Counted from the first letter of the stretch, positions 45,062 to 54,562 are shown. The stretch is 64,000 nucleotides of DNA from Anaerolineae bacterium (GCA_035347995.1 DAOPQD010000001.1:46012-110011); one strand, 5' to 3'. A program made the numbers and translations. Notes: generated from the letters alone by a model not told the origin.

Positions 45062-45156
45062 TGCCGGGGATGAGTGAGCGGGCCACCGACATGTGGCCCG
45101 CTTGCAGTAACGGGCTCCCTCTCAAAAAAACAACGCGCTTCAGCGCCGTCGTCTGG

Positions 45157-45198
45157 GTCAGGCTGGAGATGGAATCCCCAGCCTGACTTTATTTTTGC
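45157..45198 (+). terminator. Rho-independent terminator of secF; the hairpin is a copy of the REP-like module X
   Basis: gtcaggctgg-agatggaatcc-ccagcctgac followed by TTTATTTTTG. The stem sequence GGCTGG(A/G)GAT...CCCAGCC recurs at ~49790 and ~63025. Confidence 0.7.
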
Positions 45199-45229
45199 GT
45201 GACCCCCATTCGGTGCTATAGTGCTGCGT

Positions 45230-48200
45230 ATGCGGTTTCTGACTCCAAACAGCTTGTGGCTTCTGGCCCTGGCGCTGCCCATCATTGCCCTCTATCTGCT
45301 GCGCCTGCACCGACGGGAGACCCCTGTCGCCAGCGTGTTGCTCTGGCAGGCGGCGGCCGTCGAGCGTCGCGCCAATCGCCCCTGGCAGAAATTACGCCGT
45401 CACTGGCTGTTGGCGCTGCAGCTGCTGATTCTGGCGACGCTGGTCGCGGCGGCCGCTCACCCTGCCGTTCCCGCGCCGTCAACGCCGCAGGGACGGCTGT
45501 TGATCCTGCTGGACGCTTCCGCGAGTATGCAGGCGCGCCGCGAGGACGGCAACACGCGCTTCGAGGCGGCGCTCGCGGAACTGCGGGCGCTCTCTGAGGC
45601 GCTGGATGCGCGCAGCCGGGTGACGCTCATCACCACGAGCGCGACACCGCAGGTGGTGTTGCGCGACGGGGATGCTGCGGCGTTGCGGCGGACGCTCCCC
45701 GCGCTGCAGCCGACCGATGGCGGCGCCGATTGGGACGCGGCGGCGAGTCTGGCGCTCGGCCTCGCGGCCGGGGAAGAGGTCACGACGCTGGTGTTCACCG
45801 ATGCGGCGCTGGCGGAGTCCCTGCCCCCTCTGCCGGGCCGGGCGCAGCTCTTTACCGTAGGGGAGGCCGCCCCCAACGTGGGACTGGTGGATTTTTCTCT
45901 CCGCCGCAGCGCCGAGACTTTCACCGCGTTTGTGCGTGTGCTGAACGCCGGCCCGGCGCGACAGGTCACATTGCTGTTGCTTGCCGGCAGTGAAGTCCTC
46001 GCCCGTCAGGCGCTGGAGCTGCCCGCTGCGGGCGAGGTGACGCTCTCTTTCCCGGATCTGCCCACCTGGGGGTGGTTCGAGGCGCGCCTTGAGGACGCCG
46101 ATGATCGTTTCCCTTTGGATGATCGCGCCTGGGTGACACCGCCGCTCTCTGGCAGCGGGCAGGTGCTGCTGGTGACGTCGGGCAACCGCTTCCTCGAACT
46201 GGCATTGCGCGCCCTGCCGGGGATCGCCGTGCAACAGGCGACGACGCTGCCCCAAGACACCGCCGAGATGAGCGCCGCGGTGTTGGACGGCGCAGGCAGC
46301 GGGGGGACGTTCAGCGGCCCGGCGTGGTTGATTGCCCCCGGCGCGGGGACGCCCTGCGGCGAGCCGACAGGTGTTTTCACGCCGACAACGCCCCTGCGCA
46401 CCGGGTCCCATCCGCTGCTGGAATATGTCACCTGGGATGACGTGCACATTGCCCGCGCCACACGCTATGCCGCGCCCGCCGACGCCGTGACCTTGCTGGA
46501 AACGGCGGAAGGCCCCTTGCTCTGGGTGCTGAACCGGCCAGGGCAGCGGCTTATCTGCCAGGCGTTTGCCCTGCAGGACTCCGATCTGCCGCTGCGGGTG
46601 GCTTTCCCCATCCTCACCAACAATCTGATGGGCTGGCTGCTGCCGCAGACGTCACAGGCGCCGATTACCCCCCTGCCGGCAGGACAGCCCTGGACGCCAG
46701 CGCTCCCTCTCGCGGCGACGGCGGCTGTGTTGGTCACACCCACGGGGGAGCGCGTGGACTTGCTGGACGTGACAGCGTCCCTTCCGCAGCGCGCGGGGCT
46801 GTACCGCCTGGAATTGGAGACGGCGGGCGGGCCGGCAACGCACTATGTGGCGCTGTCGTTGCTCGATGCGGCGGAAAGCGATCTGCACCCCCATCCGCTG
46901 ATGATCGAGGGGCAGGCGCCTTTGAGCGCTGCCCCCGGCGCGACCGGTTGGCGCGACTTCAGCCGCTGGGTCGCTGCGGCGGCCCTCGCGTTGTTGCTCC
47001 TCGAAGGGGCGCTCTGGTGGGGGCGCGCGGCTGCCTGGCATGGGGTGCGCGCGGCCCTCTCCGCGTTGCGCTATGACTGGCGCCCTGTGGCGTTGCGGCT
47101 GATCCTGGTAGGGGCATTGATCCTGGCCCTCGCGGACGTGCGCCTGCCCCAGGCGACGCGCAATCTGGCGACGGTGTTCGTCGTGGATCGGTCTGCGAGC
47201 GTCGCGGCGGAGGAGGGGGAGATTGAGGCGCTATTGACCGCTGCCTGGGAGGCCAAAGGCGCGCAGGACCGCGCCGCGGTGGTCGTTTTTGGCGGGGAAG
47301 CGCGGGTCGCACAGCCGTTGTCTGAGGGGTCTTTCGCGGCTGATCTGCGCCTGGCGCCCCAACCGGATGCCACCGACATTGCCGCTGCCGTGCGGTTGGG
47401 GGCGAGCCTCGTCCCTGAGGGAGCGCCGGGGCGGCTGGTACTCATCACCGATGGGCTGGAGACGCGCGACGATGGGGCGACTGCCCTGCTTCAGGCACGT
47501 GCGCGGGGCCTGGAGACGCTGGTGGCCGCCGTGACGCCGGCGGCGTCGGCGGAAGTGTGGATCGAGGCGACGCGCCTGCCCGCGCGGGCCTATCCGGGGG
47601 ACACAGTGGCGGTTGCTGTGACGCTGGGGGCGACGGCTGCTCAGCCCGTCCGCCTCACCTGGGCGGCAGGTTCGCAAGAAGGGGATGTTGTGTGGGAGGT
47701 CTCCCGTGGGCAGGGCAGGTATTTGTTCACCTTCAGTGCGCCAGAAAGGGGATGGGTGCCCGTGCGTTTTTGCGTGGCGGCGGAGGCGGATTTTTTCGTG
47801 GAAAACAACTGTGGCGGCGGTTGGCTGCGCGTGGAAGGGGTGCCTCGCGTGCTCATTGTGGGGGCGGTGGAGGAACGGCAGGCTTTGGCGGCGGCGTTGC
47901 GCGCCACCGGCCTGGAAGTGGTGGAACTGCAGCCGGAGGCGCTGCCGTTCACTGCTCCGGCCTTGGGCGACTATGCTGCGGTGATCCTGGTCAACACGCC
48001 CGCCCGCGCTTTGCCGTTGCAGGCCGGCTCAGCGCTGCAAGCTTATGTCCGCGATCTGGGCGGGGGCCTGGTGACGCTCGGCGGACCGGAAAGCTACGGG
48101 GTGGGTGGATGGTCTGCCACCGCTCTGGAGGCGGCGTTGCCCGTCTCCACGCAGGTGCAGGATCCACGCCGGTTTCCTCCGCTGGCGATGGTCATCGTGA

Positions 48201-49705
48201 TTGACAAATCGGGCAGCATGGCAGAGTCGGACGCGGAAGGGGGGACTCCAAAAATCCGGCTTGCGGCGGAAGCGGCCGCGCGTGTGGCGGAGGCATTGAA
48301 CGACAACGACGCGCTCGCGGTGGTGGCCTACGACGATCGGCCGGCGGACACTCTGGGTCCGGTGTCGGGGAGCGAGCGGCAGCTGTTGCTCGGACGTTTG
48401 TCGCAGTTGCAGGCGGGCGGCGGCGGCATCTACGTGCGCGACGGCCTGGCCTATGCCCGGCAGCTGCTCGCGGAGAGCTTCGAGCCGCTGTCGGAGCAAC
48501 AGCGGCATGTGCTGTTGGTGGCGGATGGCAGCGACGCGGAACAACAGGCGGGCGCGCTGGCGCAGGTGGCCGCTTTGCGCGCTCAGGGGGCGACGGTGAG
48601 CGTGATCGCGATCGGCGCTGGCGGTGATGTCCCCTTTCTGCAGGAGGTGGCGCGTCAGGGCGAGGGGCGCTTCTATCTCACGGAGCGTGCTGCGGACCTG
48701 CCGGTGATTTTCACGGAGGAACTGGCTCACACGCGACGCTCCTACATCGTCGAGCAGAGCTTCTCTCCTATCGCCGGAATGGCCTGGGAGCCGCTGGAGA
48801 GCTTCACGGCGCTGCCAGCTCTGGCGGGATATGTGGCGACGACTCCCAAACCCGGCGCGGATGTGCCGTTGTGGGGCGCCGTGACCGGGGATCCACTGCT
48901 GGCAGCGTGGTCCTATGGCTTGGGGCGCGCTGTGGCCTGGACCTCTGATGCGACAGGTCGCTGGGCCGTGGAGTGGCTGGGCTGGGAGGACTTCGCGCGC
49001 TTCTGGGGTGATGTGGTGCGGTGGGTGTTGCCCGCACCCGCGGAGGAGGGGGTGACGCTGAACGTCGCCGCGGAGGATAGACAGGCGCGCGTCACCCTCG
49101 ATGTGCTGGATCCGACGACGGGCCGCTATGTGGATGGCCTGGATCTCGTGCTGCAGGCGTCGCAGCTGGAAGCCAGGGTGTCTGTCCCGCCGACGGCATT
49201 GCGCCAGACGGCGCCGGGCCGTTATGAGACCACCCTGCCCCTGGGGGATGACACTGCCCCGTGGCTTTTCCATGTCACTGGCGCATTGCAGGCTACCGCG
49301 GGATGGATGCCGCCCTACGCGGCCGAATTCGTGCCGGGCGATGCCGCCGCCGCGACCGCGCGCTTGATCGCCCGGGGACAGGCGCAGCCTCTCACGGCGC
49401 CGGAACAGGCGTTTGCGCCGACCCTGCGCGGACGTCAGGCAGGAGCGCCGCTGGCTCCCTGGTTGGTCACCATCGTGGCGTGGCTCTGGCCCCTCGATAT
49501 TGCCGCGCGGCGCCTGGGGATTTCATGGGACGAGGTGCGGCGGTGGGGAAGGCGTTGGCGCAAGAGTGGTCGGAGGGAATCGCGTTCTGCATCGCGGAGC
49601 GTCGCGTCCCTGCCGGTGGAAAGCCCGCCTCCGGCGCCGCCGCCATCTCAGGAAGAAGCGCTGGCGGCGCGGCTGAAGGAGCGCTTACGCGGGTCCCGGC
49701 GCTGA
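45230..49705 (+). CDS. BatA-like multi-VWA fusion protein (N-terminal double-TM BatA domain, three vWFA domains, GATase1-like/DUF1355-like domain, C-terminal TM and Arg/Ser-rich tail)
   Basis: The start is taken at ATG 45230 (the track's GTG is at 45221). The N-terminus MRFLTPNSLWLLALALPIIALYLLRLHRR is the BatA/TIGR02226-type pattern. VWA MIDAS motifs are LLILLDASASM, VFVVDRSASV and MVIVIDKSGSMAESD...AYDDRP..QAGGGGIYVRDGLAYA. The GATase1-like segment is RVLIVGAV...VILVNTPARALP...GGGLVTLGG. A TM helix (WLVTIVAWLWPL) is followed by the tail RRWGRRWRKSGRRESRSASRS..PPPAPPPSQEE. No MoxR ATPase gene is adjacent. Confidence 0.75.
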   Translation: MRFLTPNSLWLLALALPIIALYLLRLHRRETPVASVLLWQAAAVERRANRPWQKLRRHWLLALQLLILATLVAAAAHPAVPAPSTPQGRLLILLDASASMQARREDGNTRFEAALAELRALSEALDARSRVTLITTSATPQVVLRDGDAAALRRTLPALQPTDGGADWDAAASLALGLAAGEEVTTLVFTDAALAESLPPLPGRAQLFTVGEAAPNVGLVDFSLRRSAETFTAFVRVLNAGPARQVTLLLLAGSEVLARQALELPAAGEVTLSFPDLPTWGWFEARLEDADDRFPLDDRAWVTPPLSGSGQVLLVTSGNRFLELALRALPGIAVQQATTLPQDTAEMSAAVLDGAGSGGTFSGPAWLIAPGAGTPCGEPTGVFTPTTPLRTGSHPLLEYVTWDDVHIARATRYAAPADAVTLLETAEGPLLWVLNRPGQRLICQAFALQDSDLPLRVAFPILTNNLMGWLLPQTSQAPITPLPAGQPWTPALPLAATAAVLVTPTGERVDLLDVTASLPQRAGLYRLELETAGGPATHYVALSLLDAAESDLHPHPLMIEGQAPLSAAPGATGWRDFSRWVAAAALALLLLEGALWWGRAAAWHGVRAALSALRYDWRPVALRLILVGALILALADVRLPQATRNLATVFVVDRSASVAAEEGEIEALLTAAWEAKGAQDRAAVVVFGGEARVAQPLSEGSFAADLRLAPQPDATDIAAAVRLGASLVPEGAPGRLVLITDGLETRDDGATALLQARARGLETLVAAVTPAASAEVWIEATRLPARAYPGDTVAVAVTLGATAAQPVRLTWAAGSQEGDVVWEVSRGQGRYLFTFSAPERGWVPVRFCVAAEADFFVENNCGGGWLRVEGVPRVLIVGAVEERQALAAALRATGLEVVELQPEALPFTAPALGDYAAVILVNTPARALPLQAGSALQAYVRDLGGGLVTLGGPESYGVGGWSATALEAALPVSTQVQDPRRFPPLAMVIVIDKSGSMAESDAEGGTPKIRLAAEAAARVAEALNDNDALAVVAYDDRPADTLGPVSGSERQLLLGRLSQLQAGGGGIYVRDGLAYARQLLAESFEPLSEQQRHVLLVADGSDAEQQAGALAQVAALRAQGATVSVIAIGAGGDVPFLQEVARQGEGRFYLTERAADLPVIFTEELAHTRRSYIVEQSFSPIAGMAWEPLESFTALPALAGYVATTPKPGADVPLWGAVTGDPLLAAWSYGLGRAVAWTSDATGRWAVEWLGWEDFARFWGDVVRWVLPAPAEEGVTLNVAAEDRQARVTLDVLDPTTGRYVDGLDLVLQASQLEARVSVPPTALRQTAPGRYETTLPLGDDTAPWLFHVTGALQATAGWMPPYAAEFVPGDAAAATARLIARGQAQPLTAPEQAFAPTLRGRQAGAPLAPWLVTIVAWLWPLDIAARRLGISWDEVRRWGRRWRKSGRRESRSASRSVASLPVESPPPAPPPSQEEALAARLKERLRGSRR

Positions 49706-49784
49706 GGCAGCGCGTCAAGCTCAGAAAGATGCCATGTGCTGGCGCACCTCATCCAGGCATGAAAATGTAAGTCGTGAGGCGTGA

Positions 49785-49849
49785 GTTCGGCTGGGGATTC
49801 CATCCCCAGCCTGACAGGAGCCAACCGCGCTGAAGCGCGGTGTTGGAGG
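49785..49849. repeat. REP-like mosaic palindromic element (modules X and Y) downstream of the VWA gene
   Basis: gttcggctggggattccatccccagcctgacaggagccaaccgcgctgaagcgcggtgttgg. Hairpin 1 is ggctgggga/tccccagcc and hairpin 2 is caaccgcgc-tgaa-gcgcggtg. It is related to the copies at ~45160, ~63021 and ~63241. Confidence 0.7.
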
Positions 49850-49940
49850 ACGTAGCAGCCCCGGGGGCCAGGAATTTCTAATCTTACTTGTGAAATTCGT
49901 GTTCATTCGAGGCCATTTTCGAAGGAAGATCTCATACAGA

Positions 49941-49971
49941 CAAGGCCCCGATCACCGCGATCGGGGCCTTG
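49941..49971. terminator. 13-bp perfect stem hairpin between the convergent VWA gene and rpiR-like gene 1
   Basis: caaggccccgatc-accgc-gatcggggccttg lies 23 nt downstream of the RpiR-1 stop (49994) on the minus strand. It has weak flanking T-runs. Confidence 0.5.
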
Positions 49972-49993
49972 TGGCGAATTTGCTTCCGTGGGA

Positions 49994-50833
49994 TTAGTTG
50001 CCGGGGGCTTCTTGCCTGGCAGCCTCGATGCCGCTCTGAACCTCGGCCGCATGGGCCAGAGTGGCTTCCTTTTTGCTGCTTAGCAGGGCGTCCTTGAGCG
50101 TGGCGATAATCAGCAGCGAGATGGCGAAGCTGCCGATATCGAGCGGGCTTTGGCCGGGGGTGGTGATGGCCATCTCGGCCTCGCGCGCGGCCAGGGTCGT
50201 CCCGCTGTCGGCAATGCAGACGGTAGGGATGCCTTTGGCGTTCGCCAGTTTAACCGCGTGACCGGTGTCCACGCCGGGGGTGCCAAAGACCAGCGCCAGC
50301 AGCACATCCCCAGCCTGCATGTCGTTAGTGGCCTTGGCGACTTCCACCATACTGGGGGCGAAGTGGAAGACGGGAATCCCCAAGGGGACGAGGCTTTCCG
50401 CCAGATACCGGGCAATGTCGTAGCTGGGGAATTCCCCGACGATCCAGATGCGTTCTGCATTCTGGAGCATCTTCAACGCCTGGGCCAGGTGAGGGGCCTC
50501 GGTGGTTGCAAACTGCTCCAGGTCCTGGGCCTTACTGGCAAAGAGCGCCTGCACGAGATCCTCTTCGTTGCCTGCCTCGACGGCCTTGTGATAGGTCTGC
50601 GCGATCTCCCCGCGCACGTAGGCCTTGATTTCCCTGGAGAGCTCCCGGAACCCGCTATAGCCGATTTCCTGTGAGAAACGCACGACGGTCGCCGGATCAA
50701 TCCCAACGCGCCGGGACAGTTCTGTCGCTGTCAGGAAGGCAACGTCAAGGGTTTGATTGAGGATGAAATCTGCCAGGCGGCGAAATCCAGGGGTCAAATT
50801 AGCATAATGCTCTTCAATCCGTTCTCGAAACAT
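49994..50833 (-). CDS. RpiR/MurR-family transcriptional regulator (HTH_6 + SIS domain), paralog 1
   Basis: The N-terminal HTH is LTPGFRRLADFILNQTLDVAFLTATELSRRVGIDPATVVRFSQEIGYSGFRELS. The C-terminal SIS domain is RIWIVGEFPSYDIARYLAE...GDVLLALVFGTPGVDT. Confidence 0.8.
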   Translation of the reverse strand: MFRERIEEHYANLTPGFRRLADFILNQTLDVAFLTATELSRRVGIDPATVVRFSQEIGYSGFRELSREIKAYVRGEIAQTYHKAVEAGNEEDLVQALFASKAQDLEQFATTEAPHLAQALKMLQNAERIWIVGEFPSYDIARYLAESLVPLGIPVFHFAPSMVEVAKATNDMQAGDVLLALVFGTPGVDTGHAVKLANAKGIPTVCIADSGTTLAAREAEMAITTPGQSPLDIGSFAISLLIIATLKDALLSSKKEATLAHAAEVQSGIEAARQEAPGN

Positions 50834-50888
50834 GGTAGTCTCCTTTCCTTATACTGAATGCGTTGATGCTGCAAGGCCGAATCAGCTG

Positions 50889-51764
50889 TCAATCTTTCGT
50901 CTGAGGGAGGATTGCCTCGTAAGCGGCAGTGTGGGTGCGCAGCTCCAGGATTTCGCTGAGATACTCGTTGTAGGCGGCGAAGGACTCTGCCGTCTTGGCC
51001 GCCGTGGTGCCCGCCAGCGCTTCCCAGATCAGCGCGATGATCGCGAGCGCGGCGCCGGTGTTCGGGATGCCGGTCTCGCCGGCGGTGGGAACAAGGACGA
51101 CCAGTTCGGCTTCGTGGGCCGGCGCGCCGAGGGTGTTGTCGGCGATCGTGATCGTGTGCACGCCTTTCTCTCGCGCCATCCGCACCAGATACCCGGAATC
51201 AATGTCCGGCACGCTGATGGCCAGCACCAAGAGTGCGTCTCCCGGCTCCATCTTGCTGAGGGCAGCGGCGACGTTGAGCATATCCGGCGCAAACGCCCTG
51301 GCCTGGATGTCGGCGACTTGCAACATCCGTGCCAGGAACTGCGCGATGGCTTGCTGGGGGCCTTCCCCTGTGATCCAGACGCGCGGCGCCTGTTTGAGGA
51401 TCCGGAGCGCTTCACCGAGTTTGGCCGTCTCGGTCATGGAAAAATCTGCGAGGTTTTGGCGTGTGCTGTCCAGAAGCTGGTGCACCAGCGCCTCTTCACT
51501 TTCGGCCTCGACGCTTTTGCGGTAGGTAGTCGTCACCTGATCGCGCACGTAATGTTTGATCTCGTGTGAGAGCTCGCGATACCCGCTATAGCCGATCTCC
51601 TGCGCAAAGCGGACGACGGTGGCCGGATCCACTCCTACACGGCGGGAGATTTCGGTGACGGTGAGGAAGGCCGCGTCGAGTGTGTGGTCCATGATGAAAT
51701 CGGCCAATTTGCGAAAACCCGGCGTCAAACTATCGTAATACTGTCGAATTTGCTCTTGAAACAT
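50889..51764 (-). CDS. RpiR/MurR-family transcriptional regulator, paralog 2
   Basis: The start is taken at MFQEQIRQYYDSL (51764) with RBS AAGGAGA 8 nt upstream; the track ORF extends to 51803 without an RBS. The HTH is LTPGFRKLADFIMDHTLDAAFLTVTEISRRVGVDPATVVRFAQEIGYSGYRELS, and a SIS domain follows. Confidence 0.8.
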   Translation of the reverse strand: MFQEQIRQYYDSLTPGFRKLADFIMDHTLDAAFLTVTEISRRVGVDPATVVRFAQEIGYSGYRELSHEIKHYVRDQVTTTYRKSVEAESEEALVHQLLDSTRQNLADFSMTETAKLGEALRILKQAPRVWITGEGPQQAIAQFLARMLQVADIQARAFAPDMLNVAAALSKMEPGDALLVLAISVPDIDSGYLVRMAREKGVHTITIADNTLGAPAHEAELVVLVPTAGETGIPNTGAALAIIALIWEALAGTTAAKTAESFAAYNEYLSEILELRTHTAAYEAILPQTKD

Positions 51765-51825
51765 GGTTGAAATCTCCTTACTTTGATTTGCTGATGGTGA
51801 CAATGCTGGAACGATATCCTTACGG

Positions 51826-52752
51826 TCACAAAATAGGAGGACGATTTGCCTGGCTCAGTATCTTAGACCAAATGGCAAGGGCCAGGCCCGGGTCAGCGTG
51901 TCCCTGCTGACGCAACTCTACCAGCTGTTGGAGATACTTTTGCCGTAATTCTTCCTGCTGTTGAAGGCTTTCCTTTCGCTGTTGGCTGATCATGTTGGCA
52001 ATGGCTGCCAGCACTGCAGCGATGAGCGCCAGACCTGACATGGCGGAGGGCGTGCCGAGAGAAAAAGCGAGGGTCAATTGCGCCTCTCTGGCCGCAGCCT
52101 GCATCCCATTGCTGCTGATGCAGAGGGTGCGCCCGCCTTTTGCCTGCCCCAGACGCAGAACGTAGCTTAGATTGAGTTGCGGGCCTTCATGGCCTAAGGC
52201 CAACAGCGCATCTCCCGCCTGGACCTGATCCAGGTACATCGCCGTGCTCAACAGGTTGGATTCAAACGCTTCCGCCGCCAATCCGAGATTTTGCAGTTCT
52301 TGCGCGAACGCCTGTCCCAAATGTATCGCCGAGCCTTCTGCGGTGATCCAGATAGCGGGAACTGCGTTGAGCGTCGCGCCGATTTCTTCCAGCAGCCGCA
52401 AGTCTGCAGGGGAGAGGTATTGGAGCGGTTGGTAGATCTTTTGGAGCTGGGCTGCCAGACGCTGTTCTTCCGTTGCCTCTGATGCCTTTGAGTCCATGTC
52501 CGACAGCTGGCGCGGCGCGGTGATGTGTTCGTGAATGTACTGTTTGATCTCCTGGGAAAGTTCGCGATAGCCCGTATAGCCCAGTTCTTGCGCAAACCGC
52601 ACGACGGTCGCCGGATCAACTTCCAACCGCTGCGCGAGCTCGGTCGCCGTGAGGAGCGCCGCCTCGAGAGTGTGGTTCAGGATGAAATCGGCCAGCCGGC
52701 GGAATCCCGGGGAGAACTGCGCGTAGCCGTTTCTGATGCGGTCTTTAAACAT
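51826..52752 (-). CDS. RpiR/MurR-family transcriptional regulator, paralog 3
   Basis: The HTH is FSPGFRRLADFILNHTLEAALLTATELAQRLEVDPATVVRFAQELGYTGYRELS. A SIS domain follows, and the C-terminal tail is longer. The gap to paralog 2 is only 22 nt. Confidence 0.8.
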   Translation of the reverse strand: MFKDRIRNGYAQFSPGFRRLADFILNHTLEAALLTATELAQRLEVDPATVVRFAQELGYTGYRELSQEIKQYIHEHITAPRQLSDMDSKASEATEEQRLAAQLQKIYQPLQYLSPADLRLLEEIGATLNAVPAIWITAEGSAIHLGQAFAQELQNLGLAAEAFESNLLSTAMYLDQVQAGDALLALGHEGPQLNLSYVLRLGQAKGGRTLCISSNGMQAAAREAQLTLAFSLGTPSAMSGLALIAAVLAAIANMISQQRKESLQQQEELRQKYLQQLVELRQQGHADPGLALAIWSKILSQANRPPIL

Positions 52753-52773
52753 TTGAATCCCTTGTTAATGTTT

Positions 52774-52841
52774 GCATATGCATTGTAACTGGTATCAACC
52801 AGTTGTGAGGCTCAGTTTTTGAATACATGTATTATATCACA
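52774..52841 (-). promoter_or_regulatory. Candidate promoter/operator of the RpiR triple operon: extended -10 (TGaTATAAT on the minus strand) plus an 18-bp perfect palindrome and a GCATATGC palindrome in the leader
   Basis: On the plus strand, attatatcac at 52831-52840 corresponds to minus-strand gTGaTATAATac. AACTGGTATCAACCAGTT lies at 52787-52804 (arms AACTGGT/ACCAGTT) and GCATATGC at 52774-52781. All lie within ~90 nt upstream of the paralog 3 ATG at 52752. Confidence 0.5.
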
Positions 52842-53063
52842 CCCAATCAGAAACGCAAGAGTCAAATGTCATTCCATCCAAAACTTGATTCTGTCTCCGG
52901 GCTCCATGGAGCGGTATTTGTTGAATCGGGGACGCTGCGCTGGGCCGGCGGAATGGCGTTTGATTGCTGCCGGGTTTCGGCTACAATCGAGGGGCGGCCA
53001 TGCCCGGCGCTGACGTGTCAGGCGTGACTTTACCCTTCCCGGGTCGGTTCAACGAGGATACCC

Positions 53064-53603
53064 ATGCGTGCGTTGATGCGATTTTTGAGTGGCTGTTGTC
53101 TGCTGGTGACGCTGGCGGCGTGCAGGGGGGATCGCATGCCGGCCGAAGTGACGCCGAAACCGGCAGTTGTGGCGGAGCAATGGGCGATTGCTGCTGAGGC
53201 GAGCTCGCGCTACGCTTCCCCGGATTGGAGCCCCGCGCGGGCGACGGGAGCGCCGGACGTGCAGATGTGCGCCGACGACCCCCGCGCCTGGGCCTCGGCG
53301 CGGGGCAATGGTCTGGAGTGGTTGCAGCTGCGTTTCGAGAAGCCGGTCTACGCCACGGAAGTCCGCGTCTTTCAGACCCTGGGGCCGGGCGCTATCGCGC
53401 GCGTGCATTTGCTGGATGTGGCCGGCGGGCAAAATCTGGTGTGGGAAGGGACGGATACCTCTCTGATCTGTCCAGGGGTGTTCACGGCCTCATTCCCGCG
53501 CACCGACTACCTCGTTGTGGGGGTGCGTCTCGAACTGGATGAATCGCGCACTGGCTTTTGGAATCAGATTGACGCAGTCGAGCTGGTCGGCATTCTGCCG
53601 TAA
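53064..53603 (+). CDS. Predicted lipoprotein of unknown function (179 aa)
   Basis: Signal peptide with lipobox: MRALMRFLSGCCLLVTLAAC. RBS GAGGA. The body is a beta-rich domain (LEWLQLRFEKPVYATEVRVFQT...) with no recognizable family. Confidence 0.55.
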   Translation: MRALMRFLSGCCLLVTLAACRGDRMPAEVTPKPAVVAEQWAIAAEASSRYASPDWSPARATGAPDVQMCADDPRAWASARGNGLEWLQLRFEKPVYATEVRVFQTLGPGAIARVHLLDVAGGQNLVWEGTDTSLICPGVFTASFPRTDYLVVGVRLELDESRTGFWNQIDAVELVGILP

Positions 53604-53608
53604 GGGAG

Positions 53609-54562
53609 TTATTTCCCCAGCAGCCGACGCCGCAGCACTTCGGGGATGGCGCCGCCGCGTTCCAGAATGCGCAGCGCTTCTGCCGGGGGCAGGGGAGGCA
53701 AAGGCGGCGCTGTGAGAGGGGCTTCCGCGGGAGGGGCCGGCGGTTCACCCCCGCTTTGACTCAGCCAGAGCAGCACCTCGCCCGGTTCATCGGTGACGTG
53801 CAATCCCAGCAGCGGCGTCGCGGGAGGGGGCGTCGGCGTGAGCCATAGCGTCCGCGCCGCCGGGAGAGAAGCGATCGGGGGGGCGGTACTGACCCACAAA
53901 AGCAGCTCTGCCGCGCCGAGCTCTACTTGCAGCAGGGAGGCGTCCCATTTGGCGTTGGCGGTCGCGCCGGGAGTCAGCGGGCTGACCAACAACAGGCGTC
54001 CCTCTGCCAGAAAGTGCTGTTCCTGAGGGCTGAGCTCGAGCGTTTCGAGCCCCTGCCGCGCAAAAAGGAGCGCCTCCCCTTCGGAATCGGCGAGCTCGCT
54101 GAGCAGGAGCGTGGCTTGTGCGGCGCCCCGCGTCGCGGCGGGCAACATCCCCTCGCCGAGCAGCTGACTCAACGCCTCCTGCAACAGGGCGGCCGCGGCT
54201 TCGTCGAGGGGGGCGGGGGGCACGACCAGGAGCGGGCGGGCCAGGAGGCGGGGGTCGCCGCGGTAGAACAACAGCGCCGGGCGCAACTTCGCCTCGAGTT
54301 GTAGCAGTCTGGAGGGATAGAGCGGCTCATTCCACCGAATTGCGGCGACGGACTCGAGACTCTCCGGGGGGCGCAGGGCGGCGATCTCCGCGTCGGAAAA
54401 CCCCGCGGCGAGAGCGCTTTCCGGCAGGGCGGCTAGCGCCGCTTCTAGTGTGATCCCCTGCGTGCGCCAGGTCTCCAGCAGGCTTTTGGCGCGCGAGGTG
54501 GCGAGCCCCTCTTTGTAAAGAAGCCAGTACCAGAGCTGGGTTTCGCGGTTGGCAGCGTTCAT
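53609..54562 (-). CDS. DprA-like protein with SAM-like N-domain and a degenerate Rossmann-like core lacking canonical DprA motifs; Pro/Ala-rich C-terminus
   Basis: [38 protein letters not shown] matches the DprA pattern YPxxLxxIxdPPxvLfxrGdxxLLxxpxvAiVG. However, the following GSRxaSxyG/SGlAxGID motifs are replaced by [17 protein letters not shown].... The later segment [37 protein letters not shown] resembles the DprA GGLLISEFPPGT..RNRII..LS..VLVVEA region. The C-terminus is [20 protein letters not shown]. The start overlaps the dtd stop by 4 nt. Confidence 0.45.
   Translation of the reverse strand: MNAANRETQLWYWLLYKEGLATSRAKSLLETWRTQGITLEAALAALPESALAAGFSDAEIAALRPPESLESVAAIRWNEPLYPSRLLQLEAKLRPALLFYRGDPRLLARPLLVVPPAPLDEAAAALLQEALSQLLGEGMLPAATRGAAQATLLLSELADSEGEALLFARQGLETLELSPQEQHFLAEGRLLLVSPLTPGATANAKWDASLLQVELGAAELLLWVSTAPPIASLPAARTLWLTPTPPPATPLLGLHVTDEPGEVLLWLSQSGGEPPAPPAEAPLTAPPLPPLPPAEALRILERGGAIPEVLRRRLLGK

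Noticed and set aside
53609-54562. Calling the 317-aa Pro/Ala-rich protein a functional DprA (smf).
   Set aside because: The canonical Rossmann-core motifs are absent, so only a DprA-like, probably non-canonical, assignment is supported.
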